Origin: Patescibacteria group bacterium
GTDB lineage: Bacteria; Patescibacteriota; Minisyncoccia; 2-02-FULL-40-12; IGHO2-01-FULL-4-A
Length of the DNA: 64,000 nucleotides
Reading direction: 5' to 3'
Assembly (NCBI GenBank): GCA_038064915.1
Contig: JBBTSB010000004.1
Location: 24,874 to 88,873 of the forward strand
Shown: piece by piece, positions 1 through 8,178 of the stretch
Numbering within the stretch: the first letter of the stretch is position 1
Layout of the letters: each line of letters starts with the position of its first letter
The notes under the pieces: model-generated
Told to the model about the DNA's origin: nothing
Database searches by the model: none
Seen by the model: only the letters and a program-made list of their open reading frames with translations
Made by a program: the position numbers and the translations under genes

Positions 1-2
1 AT

Positions 3-146
3 GCGTTTCGAGTTGCGGAGAATACCTACAAAACATCCGTACGTGCCGCAAAAGAAAAGCGTGATGCCGCGGTTCGAGCGAAACAAGTTTGTCTCAAAAA
101 AGTAAGCGAGACGCGCAAGAGCCCTACGCCTTCACCAGTGCGCTAA
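3..146 (+). CDS. 3' end of an unknown gene entering the window (partial)
   Basis: Frame open from the window edge (AFRVAENTYKTSVRAAKEKRDAAVRAK...SPTPSPVR*), with helical character; converges on rpsT. Confidence 0.45.
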   Translation, partial: AFRVAENTYKTSVRAAKEKRDAAVRAKQVCLKKVSETRKSPTPSPVR

Positions 147-381
147 GGCGAGATTTGGTTCTACTAGCTTTGTTTTTGGCGATGGTGTGAGTCTTCGCCG
201 CTTTGTCGAGTGTTTTGTATACCTTCGGAAGGAGCGTCTTTGCTTTATCAAACTCTTTCGCAGAGATTGCCTTTTTGAATTCCTTTACCGCATTGCGATA
301 CAATCGCTTCCGGCGGTCATTGAAACCCTTTTTGCGCTTTGACTGCCTAAGCGCCTTTTTTGCTGATTTGGTGATTGGCAT
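124..381 (-). CDS. rpsT: 30S ribosomal protein S20
   Basis: MPITKSAKKALRQS...LDKAAK...KNKASRTKSRL, typical bS20. Confidence 0.97.
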   Translation of the reverse strand: MPITKSAKKALRQSKRKKGFNDRRKRLYRNAVKEFKKAISAKEFDKAKTLLPKVYKTLDKAAKTHTIAKNKASRTKSRLSALVKA

Positions 382-386
382 GAGAA

Positions 387-2387
387 CTATCCTACACTAT
401 TCTTTCTCAATTGTAAAATCTGTTCTCTAAGCCAAAGCGCTTTTTCGAATTGTAGGTCATGGACGGCGCGTTCCATTTGTTTTTGGAGTATTTCAATGCG
501 CTGATTCGGTGTGAGCTTGGATTCATCAAATTTGTCGTCAACGTCGTAGCTGTACCACTTGGATATCTTTTCTTGCTTTTTGGATCCACCTAAATCGGAG
601 CGTTTGATTGCTTTGATGATTGTCGCCGGCGTGATGTTATGCTTTTTGTTAAATTCCTCCTGGACCTTGCGACGGCGTGTCGTTTCATCGATGGCGTTTT
701 TCATTGAGCGCGTGACTTTGTCGGCATACATGATGACTTTGCCATCCAAGTGCCGTGCCGCGCGCCCCATCGTCTGGATGAGCGTGGTGGCATTTCGCAA
801 AAAGCCCTCTTTATCTGCATCTAAAATCGCCACGAGCGACACCTCTGGCAAATCTAAACCCTCTCTCAATAAATTTACCCCCACAATCACGTCATAGTTC
901 CCGAGACGCAGATCGTGAATAATTTCCAGGCGTTGCAGGGTTTTTATTTCCGAGTGGATGTAGTTTACCTTGATGCCAGCTTCGGCAAGATATTCCGTGA
1001 GATCTTCCGCCATGCGCTTAGTGAGGGTGGTCACGAGAATGCGCTGTTTTTCCCCGATACGCTTTTTGATTTCTCCTATCAAGTGATCTACTTGACCTTC
1101 CGTAGGATGGATTTCAATGGTGGGATCCAAAAGTCCCGTGGGACGCACGAGCTGTTCCACAATGCCCGCTTTTCCAGATTTTTTTAATTCAAATTCCTTT
1201 GGTGTGGCGGACACGTAAATTGCCTGCTGAATGAGTTTTGCAAATTCCGGAAACCGCAGGGGGCGATTGTCGAGAGCGGAAGGTAAGCGAAAGCCGTATT
1301 CAACTAACGTTCCCTTGCGTGATGCATCTCCAGCATGCATGCCATGGAGTTGCGGGACTGTGAGGTGAGACTCATCGATAACCGTCAAAAAATTACCCTT
1401 TGTCTTAAAAAAATCCACGAGGGTATAGGGCGGCGCGCCGGGCTCGCGAAATTCCAAATGACGTGAGTAGTTTTCGATACCGTAGCAGTAGCCGGTTTCT
1501 TTGAGCATCTGCATATCGCGTTCCGTGCGTTGCTTGAGCCGATCAGCTTCCAAAAACAAGCCGCGCTTCTCTAATTTTTTGATGGTCAGCAAAAGTTCTG
1601 TTTTGATATTGGCAATTGCTACATCAATCTTGTCGTCTATGGCAACCCAATATTTTGCCGGAAAAATTTTTGCCTGCAGCACGCGTTCGTATTTTGGTTC
1701 TTGATACTGAATTTTTTCCAGATCCACCTGTGCCACCGAAATCTTGGTATTCTTGAGATTGATTTTGATGACATGGTCTCCAGTCGCGGGAACAATTTCC
1801 ACTTCCTCGCGTGTTTTGCGAAACGTGCCGCGCTTCAGCTCAATGTCCTGGGTGTATTGGAGGCGACGCAAGGTCGCGACGATTTCAGAAGCTTTTATCT
1901 TTTGTCCATCAAATAGTTCAAAGCTCATTTTTTGGTAATCTTTTGGATCGCCTAGGTTGTAAATGCACGACACCGATGAAACGATGATCACATCATCTCT
2001 GCTCAACAGCGCTTCCGTGGCGGCGTGGCGAAGACGATCAATTTCTTCATTGATCTTTGCATCTTTTTCTATGTAAGTGTCAGAGTGGGGAATATACGCT
2101 TCTGGTTGATAATAGTCGTAGTAGGACACAAAATAGTGCACGGCATTGTTCGGGAAAAATTCCTTAAACTCCTGATACAGCTGTGCCGCCAGCGTCTTAT
2201 TATGCGAGATGACCAGCGTCGGCTTTTTGATGTTGGATATGACATTGGCGATCGTAAACGTCTTGCCACTGCCCGTAACTCCCACAAGCGTCTGATGTTT
2301 GTGTCCGTCCTGAAGCAGGCGAGTCAATTTCTCGATGGCTTCGGGCTGATCCCCCTTGGGCTTGAATTTGGAGTTTAATTGAAACAT
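387..2387 (-). CDS. uvrB: Excinuclease ABC subunit B
   Basis: GVTGSGKT Walker A, YFVSYYDYYQPEAY hairpin, DESH, GFRLPSALDNRPL, C-terminal UVR domain. Confidence 0.99.
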   Translation of the reverse strand: MFQLNSKFKPKGDQPEAIEKLTRLLQDGHKHQTLVGVTGSGKTFTIANVISNIKKPTLVISHNKTLAAQLYQEFKEFFPNNAVHYFVSYYDYYQPEAYIPHSDTYIEKDAKINEEIDRLRHAATEALLSRDDVIIVSSVSCIYNLGDPKDYQKMSFELFDGQKIKASEIVATLRRLQYTQDIELKRGTFRKTREEVEIVPATGDHVIKINLKNTKISVAQVDLEKIQYQEPKYERVLQAKIFPAKYWVAIDDKIDVAIANIKTELLLTIKKLEKRGLFLEADRLKQRTERDMQMLKETGYCYGIENYSRHLEFREPGAPPYTLVDFFKTKGNFLTVIDESHLTVPQLHGMHAGDASRKGTLVEYGFRLPSALDNRPLRFPEFAKLIQQAIYVSATPKEFELKKSGKAGIVEQLVRPTGLLDPTIEIHPTEGQVDHLIGEIKKRIGEKQRILVTTLTKRMAEDLTEYLAEAGIKVNYIHSEIKTLQRLEIIHDLRLGNYDVIVGVNLLREGLDLPEVSLVAILDADKEGFLRNATTLIQTMGRAARHLDGKVIMYADKVTRSMKNAIDETTRRRKVQEEFNKKHNITPATIIKAIKRSDLGGSKKQEKISKWYSYDVDDKFDESKLTPNQRIEILQKQMERAVHDLQFEKALWLREQILQLRKNSVG

Positions 2388-2397
2388 ACTGAATACA

Positions 2398-2985
2398 ATG
2401 ATTGGCTATCTTGCTGGCAAACTGCAGGCGATTACCCCAAAATACGCGATTCTTGACGTAAACGGCGTAGGCTATAGGGTGGTCATCGCAGAAAAAATGC
2501 ACTCTAGTCTAGCATCGGTAGGCGAAGAAATCAAGCTCTACACGCACTTTACGATGAACCCTCGGGATGGCCAAGTGGAGCTCTATGGATTTGCTACACA
2601 GGAAGAGTTGAGTTTCTTTGAACTGCTTACCAGTATTTCAGGCATCGGTCCCAAGAGCGCGCAAGGGATACTCGCCAAAGCCGAACTACAGCCATTACAG
2701 CTGGCAATCTTGCAGGGAGATGAAGTCTATCTCAAAAAAGTAGCAGGCCTAGGTCCCAAAACCGCCCAACGCCTCATCCTGGAACTCAAAGAAAAAATCG
2801 CCAGCGTCCACCTAAGTCCGGGCTCACAAGCAAACCTTACATCAGAATCCGAGGCGGTCGAAGCACTCATGGCCCTTGGATACTCGCAATATCAGGCACG
2901 AGATGCCTTGAAGCTCGTCGACTCCAAACTCGAAAAATCGGAGCACAAGATCACCGCGGCATTGAAAATATTGGCAAAAAAATGA
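2398..2985 (+). CDS. ruvA: Holliday junction branch migration protein RuvA
   Basis: MIGYLAG, DVNGVGY, LYGF, HhH motifs GIGPK and GLGPKTAQR, EAVEALMALGY. Confidence 0.97.
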   Translation: MIGYLAGKLQAITPKYAILDVNGVGYRVVIAEKMHSSLASVGEEIKLYTHFTMNPRDGQVELYGFATQEELSFFELLTSISGIGPKSAQGILAKAELQPLQLAILQGDEVYLKKVAGLGPKTAQRLILELKEKIASVHLSPGSQANLTSESEAVEALMALGYSQYQARDALKLVDSKLEKSEHKITAALKILAKK

Positions 2986-3818
2986 TTTCTTTTTTGCAAT
3001 CTGATGAGTGGGCGCAATTTCAAAGATCCCTTGGGCGGAAGGTTTTTGACGTCGAAGGCACAAAGGTGATTCGGCATGATTTGACGTTTAAAAAAAATTA
3101 CCTATATGTGCCGTACCCGGATACGGTGCCGAATTTGCTTCCATTGGCGGAGCAAGAAAAAAGCATTTTCATAAAAGCAGAGCCCATGCACGATGAAGTT
3201 GCTCAAGCGCTCGTGCATCAAGGCTATCAAAAATCATCCAAAAACGTCCAGCCACATCGGACCGTCGTACTTGATCTCACAAATAGCGAAGATGCATTGT
3301 TGAGCGCAATGCACCACAAGACGAGGTATAACATCCGCGTTGCGGAGCGGGAACATGTGGTCGTGGAGCAAAGCACGGATACTAATATTTTTTTGAGCTT
3401 AATGAAAAAGACTACCGCACGCGATAAATTTCACACACATTCCGAATGGTACTATCATCGCCTCATGGCATCTCGCGGATTGGATACAAAACTCTGGATC
3501 GCATGGCACGATGGCAAACCCATCGCCTCCGCTATCACGCTGACCTACGGCGATACGGCATATTATCTCCATGGTGCGTCAGACTACGAATATCGCTCTC
3601 TTATGGGCCCGTATCTTTTGCATTGGAAGATACTTTTAAACTTTAAACACTTAAACTTTAAACTTTATGATTTCTGGGGAATTGATGCAAAAAAATGGCC
3701 CGGCGTGACCCGATTCAAACTTGGCTGGGGAGGGCGGACAATCGAATATCCGGGGGCGTTTGATTTTGCTATTTCAAAACCTTGGTATTTTGCGTATACT
3801 TTATACCATGGATTATAG
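2982..3818 (+). CDS. FemABX-family peptidyltransferase (lipid II:amino acid transferase)
   Basis: FLQSxEW, KTRYNIR, YYLHGAS, YDFWGI, GVTRFKLGWGG motifs. Confidence 0.9.
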   Translation: MISFLQSDEWAQFQRSLGRKVFDVEGTKVIRHDLTFKKNYLYVPYPDTVPNLLPLAEQEKSIFIKAEPMHDEVAQALVHQGYQKSSKNVQPHRTVVLDLTNSEDALLSAMHHKTRYNIRVAEREHVVVEQSTDTNIFLSLMKKTTARDKFHTHSEWYYHRLMASRGLDTKLWIAWHDGKPIASAITLTYGDTAYYLHGASDYEYRSLMGPYLLHWKILLNFKHLNFKLYDFWGIDAKKWPGVTRFKLGWGGRTIEYPGAFDFAISKPWYFAYTLYHGL

Positions 3819-4077
3819 AGATATCATTCGCAAAAACCCCGGACTAATCTGGTACAGCCGAAATTATGACGGCTTTGAGGAGTCAACCGTGGTAGAGGCA
3901 GTTTTAAATTATGGTGATTGGGATGAATTTAAAGCATTAAAAGAATCTCTTAGTGTGGAGAGAGTTGCAGAGATTTTTCGAGAGAACGCCTTTCGCGAGC
4001 GCACCAACTACCGCGACGATGTTCGCCAATACTTCACCCTATATTTTGACAAACATGCACCGCGAGATACTCACTAA
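3808..4077 (+). CDS. Small partner protein of the AbiEii-like nucleotidyltransferase (putative antitoxin, DUF6922-like)
   Basis: 89 aa from ATG 3808, LIWY...VEAVLNYGDWDE motif; overlaps the downstream gene. Confidence 0.7.
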   Translation: MDYRDIIRKNPGLIWYSRNYDGFEESTVVEAVLNYGDWDEFKALKESLSVERVAEIFRENAFRERTNYRDDVRQYFTLYFDKHAPRDTH

Positions 4078-4666
4078 AGAACAAATCGAACTACTTCCCG
4101 TGATATCGAAATTCAAAGGAGATTTTGGGCTCGTCGGAGGTACTGCCGCAGCCTTGCACATAGGACATCGGCGCTCAATTGACTTCGATATGTTTTCATT
4201 AAAGTCATTTGTCAATGAGGATATACGAAAAATTTTGACAAGCGCATTTCCCATTGAACAAGAATTAGTAGATCGAGATGGCGAATATACCATCAAGATA
4301 AATAGTGTAAAAGCCACATTTTATCAGTATCGCATTCCCATTGATTTTCCGGATGTTTTTGAAAACTCGATGCGAGTAGCTGATCTCGTGACCATTGCCG
4401 CCATGAAGATCCATGCGTTAGGGAGTCGCGCCAAGTGGAAGGATTACGTTGATCTCTACTTCATTTTAAAAAACAAACATACCATAGATGAGCTGGATGC
4501 AAAGGCGCATGAGATTTTGCATGGTGAATTCAATGCACGTCTTTTTCGACAGCGACTTGCGCTATTTTTCGATATTCGCTACGACGAACAGGTGGAGTTT
4601 ATGCCTGGATTTGAAGTCTCATCTCGCGAAATTAAAGAGTATTTACGAGAAGTGAGCTTAAGCTAA
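4055..4666 (+). CDS. Nucleotidyltransferase AbiEii/AbiGii toxin family protein
   Basis: LVGGTAAALHIGHRRSIDFDMF, IAAMKIHAL, RAKWKDYVDLYFIL; start taken at ATG 4055. Confidence 0.9.
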   Translation: MHREILTKEQIELLPVISKFKGDFGLVGGTAAALHIGHRRSIDFDMFSLKSFVNEDIRKILTSAFPIEQELVDRDGEYTIKINSVKATFYQYRIPIDFPDVFENSMRVADLVTIAAMKIHALGSRAKWKDYVDLYFILKNKHTIDELDAKAHEILHGEFNARLFRQRLALFFDIRYDEQVEFMPGFEVSSREIKEYLREVSLS

Positions 4667-4704
4667 ATAGCAAAAACCCTCATAAAATAAGGGTTTTTAG
4701 CGTA

Positions 4705-4734
4705 TTGACAAATAGCACTCTACTGTGCTATACT
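4705..4734 (+). promoter_or_regulatory. sigma70-type promoter with an internal inverted repeat
   Basis: TTGACA(4705)-18 bp-TATACT(4729) with TG extension; IR ATAGCAC-6-GTGCTAT in the spacer. Confidence 0.7.
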
Positions 4735-4881
4735 ATTATCATACTGAAATCAGGGTCCGGTTGAGGAGCTAGACCTTTGAAAACTCGATTTTTCGGCACG
4801 TGTGGCCACCCAGGCCATACGTGCCCTTTTGTTTGCTCGCGACAATCCCGTCGTGGTGCAAACCGATGAGGAGGAATATAA

Positions 4882-5097
4882 ATGAAGAAGCTGGAAAAAA
4901 TCGCTAACCTCATGATAGGGGCCGGAGCTGGCATCATGATGATGACCAGTGGCATCCTCGCCCTGGGGGAGCCGACCGGCTATCTGAACATCCAGATTCT
5001 CGTCTGGATCTCCCGCGGCACATGGGGACTCATGCTCCTTGGCGGAGTTCTCATGGCAGCAGCGAAAGACCGGGAGCACGCCCACCGCAAGGCGTAG
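4882..5097 (+). CDS. Orphan small membrane protein (two hydrophobic segments)
   Basis: Strong SD GAGGAGG, 71 aa, own promoter and terminator. Confidence 0.7.
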   Translation: MKKLEKIANLMIGAGAGIMMMTSGILALGEPTGYLNIQILVWISRGTWGLMLLGGVLMAAAKDREHAHRKA

Positions 5098-5228
5098 CTC
5101 CGGGATCGTACAAAGATGGAGGAGCGCCGACGGAACTCCGTCGTGATTTGCTCCTCCCTCCGAACTGGAGCGTGAGTGGATGTTCTTTTACCATATCTCC
5201 TCAACCCCTCATGCTCCAATTCGGGGAT

Positions 5229-5262
5229 GCCCGGTCGCTTGACTGGGCTTTTTTTATTTTTA
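5229..5262 (+). terminator. Intrinsic terminator
   Basis: GCCCGGTC-GCTT-GACTGGGC followed by a long T-run. Confidence 0.8.
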
Positions 5263-5284
5263 AAAGCGAGTATGCTTAGAGGTA

Positions 5285-6445
5285 ATGAGAAACCTCTACC
5301 ATTGGTGTCTTGCGGTACTTGCGTCGATCATCTATGGATTTCCCTCCCATGACGTAAAGGTCATTGGGGTTACGGGAACCAAGGGAAAGTCTACGACGGC
5401 TTTTATGATCGCAAAAATCTTTGCCGATCAGGGCCTTCCCATCGCCATGATCAGCTCCCTGGGCTATCGGATCAAGGATCAGGAATGGCCAAATCTTCTC
5501 AAGATGACCATGCCGGGACGCTTTCGACTACAGCAGTTTATAGCAAAAGCCCGACGGGCGAAATGCCAGTATGTCGTTGTAGAAGTCACTTCCGAAGGAA
5601 TCGCCCAGCATCGTCTCGTTGGCGTTCGTGTTGACTGTGCCGTGTTTACCAACTTACACAAGGAACACATTGAAAGCCACGGTGGTTTTGAACAATACAA
5701 AGAAGCCAAGAAAGTGCTATTTCACAAAACCAAGAACATCCACGTGATGAACGCTGAAAATCAGCATTCGGAGGAATTTTTGGCATTGCCCGCAATGAAA
5801 AAAATCAGTTTTGGTATGGAGCATGGCGATTTGAAACAGAATACCCTGGAGCTCCGTCTCAACCTAGCAGGTGAGTTCAATATCTACAACGCCCTCGCCG
5901 CAATGGGTGTTGCACATGCCTACGGACTGGATTCTTTGAAAGCGAAAGCGAGTGTTGAATCCATCGATCGCGTACCCGGACGAATGGAGTTTGTTGAACT
6001 AGGCCAACCATTTGAGGTTGTCGTTGATTACGCGCATACACCGGAATCGCTGGAGGGTGTTTACCAAACCCTCAAGCCAAAGAACGGCAAGCTGATTGCT
6101 GTTCTTGGAGCTGCAGGTGGGGGACGTGATACATGGAAAAGGCCAGTTTTTGGTGAGCTGGCTGATCGCTATTGTGATGAAATCGTTCTCACCAATGAAG
6201 ATCCGTACGAAGAGGATCCGGAAAAAATACTCAATGAAATCGCTTCCGGAATTCGTACGTCAAAGGCAAAACGCATCATTGATCGCCGCGAAGCGATAGC
6301 CACTGCCATTGCGGATGCACAAGTGGGTGATGTTGTGGTGATCACCGGGAAGGGTTCTGAAACCTCCATGGCGGTGGCGGGAGGCAAGCATATTCCCTGG
6401 TCTGATCTTGGGGTTGCATCGGAGGTACTTCACATGCGATCATAG
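5285..6445 (+). CDS. murE: UDP-N-acetylmuramoyl-tripeptide synthetase (MurE-type Mur ligase)
   Basis: GVTGTKGKST, EVTSEG, FTNL..EH, VPGRME, VDYAHT, GAAGGGRD, GKGSE. Confidence 0.9.
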   Translation: MRNLYHWCLAVLASIIYGFPSHDVKVIGVTGTKGKSTTAFMIAKIFADQGLPIAMISSLGYRIKDQEWPNLLKMTMPGRFRLQQFIAKARRAKCQYVVVEVTSEGIAQHRLVGVRVDCAVFTNLHKEHIESHGGFEQYKEAKKVLFHKTKNIHVMNAENQHSEEFLALPAMKKISFGMEHGDLKQNTLELRLNLAGEFNIYNALAAMGVAHAYGLDSLKAKASVESIDRVPGRMEFVELGQPFEVVVDYAHTPESLEGVYQTLKPKNGKLIAVLGAAGGGRDTWKRPVFGELADRYCDEIVLTNEDPYEEDPEKILNEIASGIRTSKAKRIIDRREAIATAIADAQVGDVVVITGKGSETSMAVAGGKHIPWSDLGVASEVLHMRS

Positions 6446-6448
6446 GGT

Positions 6449-6793
6449 ATGAGATGGTTTTTTATTTTTGTTGTTCTGATTTCGTTTACGACAGCGGTTT
6501 TTTTCTTTGGTAAGCCATCGCCGAATGAGCCGGCGCACATCGGACTGCCGGAATCACGTTCCTATGTCATCACCTATCGTGATGGGGTATTCAGCCCTAC
6601 GAATTTGAGGATCCGATCCCGCGATTCGATCACCTTTAGAAATGATTCACTCCGTGTGATTGCCATTCCCGAATTCAATTCTGGCGAAATAAGCCCGAGA
6701 GGTGATTATACGAGAGTTTTTTCTACGCCGGGGGTGTATTCATATACAAATCAATTTCAACCCAAGGAAGATGGTATGATAATAGTTCAATGA
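6449..6793 (+). CDS. Membrane-anchored cupredoxin-like domain protein
   Basis: N-terminal TM; FSPTNLRI..DSITFRN...PGVYSY...GMIIVQ plastocyanin-like pattern lacking the Cu ligands. Confidence 0.6.
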   Translation: MRWFFIFVVLISFTTAVFFFGKPSPNEPAHIGLPESRSYVITYRDGVFSPTNLRIRSRDSITFRNDSLRVIAIPEFNSGEISPRGDYTRVFSTPGVYSYTNQFQPKEDGMIIVQ

Positions 6794-6794
6794 C

Positions 6795-8111
6795 ATGAAA
6801 CTTACCTTTTATGGTGGAGCAGGCGATGTGACAGGAGCAAACTACCTTCTCGAAGAAGGAAATCTTCAGCTAATCGTGGATTGCGGCCTTCACCAGGGAA
6901 GCAAGTATGCCGAGGATCTCAACTACACGCCGTTTGCATACGAACCCAAGCTTATTGAATTTGTTTTTATCACCCACAGTCACATTGACCATATCGGGAG
7001 ACTTCCAAAGCTCTACCGTGATGGATTTCGTGGGACGGTGTATGCGACGGATGCAACTGCGGATCTCATGGCGGTGGCATTGCCAGATAATATGTCTCAT
7101 ATCCTTCATGAGGCTGAACGTGATGGGCATGAGCCGTTGTTTGAACAAAGAGATCTCGATGGAATAATGAAGTTGGTGAGGGGGGTGGACTATGGTGAGA
7201 AGATTCCACTACGTGAAGGTGTTACGGCTACTCTTCACGATGCTGGGCATGTTCTGGGATCGGCAATTGTGGAAATTCAATGGCACGATAAAAAGATTTT
7301 CTTTTCCGGAGATTTGGGAAATCCTCCTACGCCACTTTTGCGGCCTACCGAATTCGTCCACGATGCAAATTATGTTGTTATGGAGTCTGCGTACGGTGAT
7401 CGTGTACATGAGGCTCGTGAAGAACGTCGTGAAAAACTTGCTCAAATAATTCAGGAAACTATTGCTCGCAAGGGGACATTGATGATTCCCTCGTTTGCTT
7501 TGGAGCGCACCCAGGATTTGTTGTTTGAGCTCAATGAGTTGCGTCAGCAGAATAAAATTTCCTCCGTTCCCATATTTCTCGACAGCCCTTTGGCGATAAA
7601 ACTGACAGGTGTGTATGAAAAATACTTCGGAAAAAATTCTTTTGATTTTCCCGGGATTGAATTTACCGCCACACCCGATGAGTCTAAACGCATAAATGAT
7701 GTTCCCGCCCCCAAAATCATTATCGCCGGTTCGGGTATGAGTCAGGGGGGAAGAATTTTGCATCATGAACGGCGGTATCTTTCTGATCCCGTCAGTACCA
7801 TTCTTTTTGTAGGTTACCAGGTAGATGGAAGTTTAGGCAGAAGAATACAACGGGGTGATCAGATGGTGACGATTTTTGGTGAAACCGTTGCTGTTCGCTG
7901 TCATGTAGAAACCGTGAGCGGGTATTCTGCTCATGCCGACCAGCCTGCACTCATGCACTGGGTGAAAGTCGCAAATTCAAATGGAAGCTTAAAAAAAGTA
8001 TTTGTTGTGCAAGGCGAGGAACATACAGCCAAAACCCTGGCAAATCTCATCCGTGAAGAGCTCGATGTGAGTGCTCTTGCCCCTCAGCCCGGAGAGGTCG
8101 TAGAACTTTAG
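6795..8111 (+). CDS. MBL-fold beta-CASP metallo-hydrolase (RNA-processing exonuclease family)
   Basis: THSHIDHIG, DAGHVLGSA, SGDLG, MESAYG, GSGMSQGGRILHH, YSAHAD. Confidence 0.93.
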   Translation: MKLTFYGGAGDVTGANYLLEEGNLQLIVDCGLHQGSKYAEDLNYTPFAYEPKLIEFVFITHSHIDHIGRLPKLYRDGFRGTVYATDATADLMAVALPDNMSHILHEAERDGHEPLFEQRDLDGIMKLVRGVDYGEKIPLREGVTATLHDAGHVLGSAIVEIQWHDKKIFFSGDLGNPPTPLLRPTEFVHDANYVVMESAYGDRVHEAREERREKLAQIIQETIARKGTLMIPSFALERTQDLLFELNELRQQNKISSVPIFLDSPLAIKLTGVYEKYFGKNSFDFPGIEFTATPDESKRINDVPAPKIIIAGSGMSQGGRILHHERRYLSDPVSTILFVGYQVDGSLGRRIQRGDQMVTIFGETVAVRCHVETVSGYSAHADQPALMHWVKVANSNGSLKKVFVVQGEEHTAKTLANLIREELDVSALAPQPGEVVEL

Positions 8112-8134
8112 TATTGGCCCGCCTGGCCGCGAGG

Positions 8135-8161
8135 CTGGCACTCTTGACATGAGAGTGCCAA
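8135..8161 (+). promoter_or_regulatory. CIRCE (HrcA operator) overlapping the lon promoter
   Basis: CTGGCACTC-N9-GAGTGCCAA; TTGACA(8144) lies in the spacer, 17 bp before TAACCT(8167). Confidence 0.85.
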
Positions 8162-8178
8162 CGCAGTAACCTGATCAT

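Noticed and set aside
1-105. ATG-initiated frame at base 1 (MRFELRRIPTKH...)
   Set aside because: The ATG is at the window edge by chance; the frame from base 3 looks more protein-like.
3721-4054. Longer ORF-track starts for the TA pair, and similarly 29752, 31470, 55896, 57091, 26141 and 44201
   Set aside because: The extensions overlap neighbouring genes deeply; downstream ATGs fit the motifs, SD or promoter better.
4712-4731. TAGCACTC as a third CIRCE
   Set aside because: The arms are 6 bp apart rather than 9 and the right arm lacks GAG; kept only as a generic inverted repeat.
5096-5200. tRNA, SRP RNA or tmRNA in GC-rich intergenic hairpins
   Set aside because: No cloverleaf or T-loop, SRP domain IV motif or tmRNA ends recognised by eye; a covariance search is still advisable.
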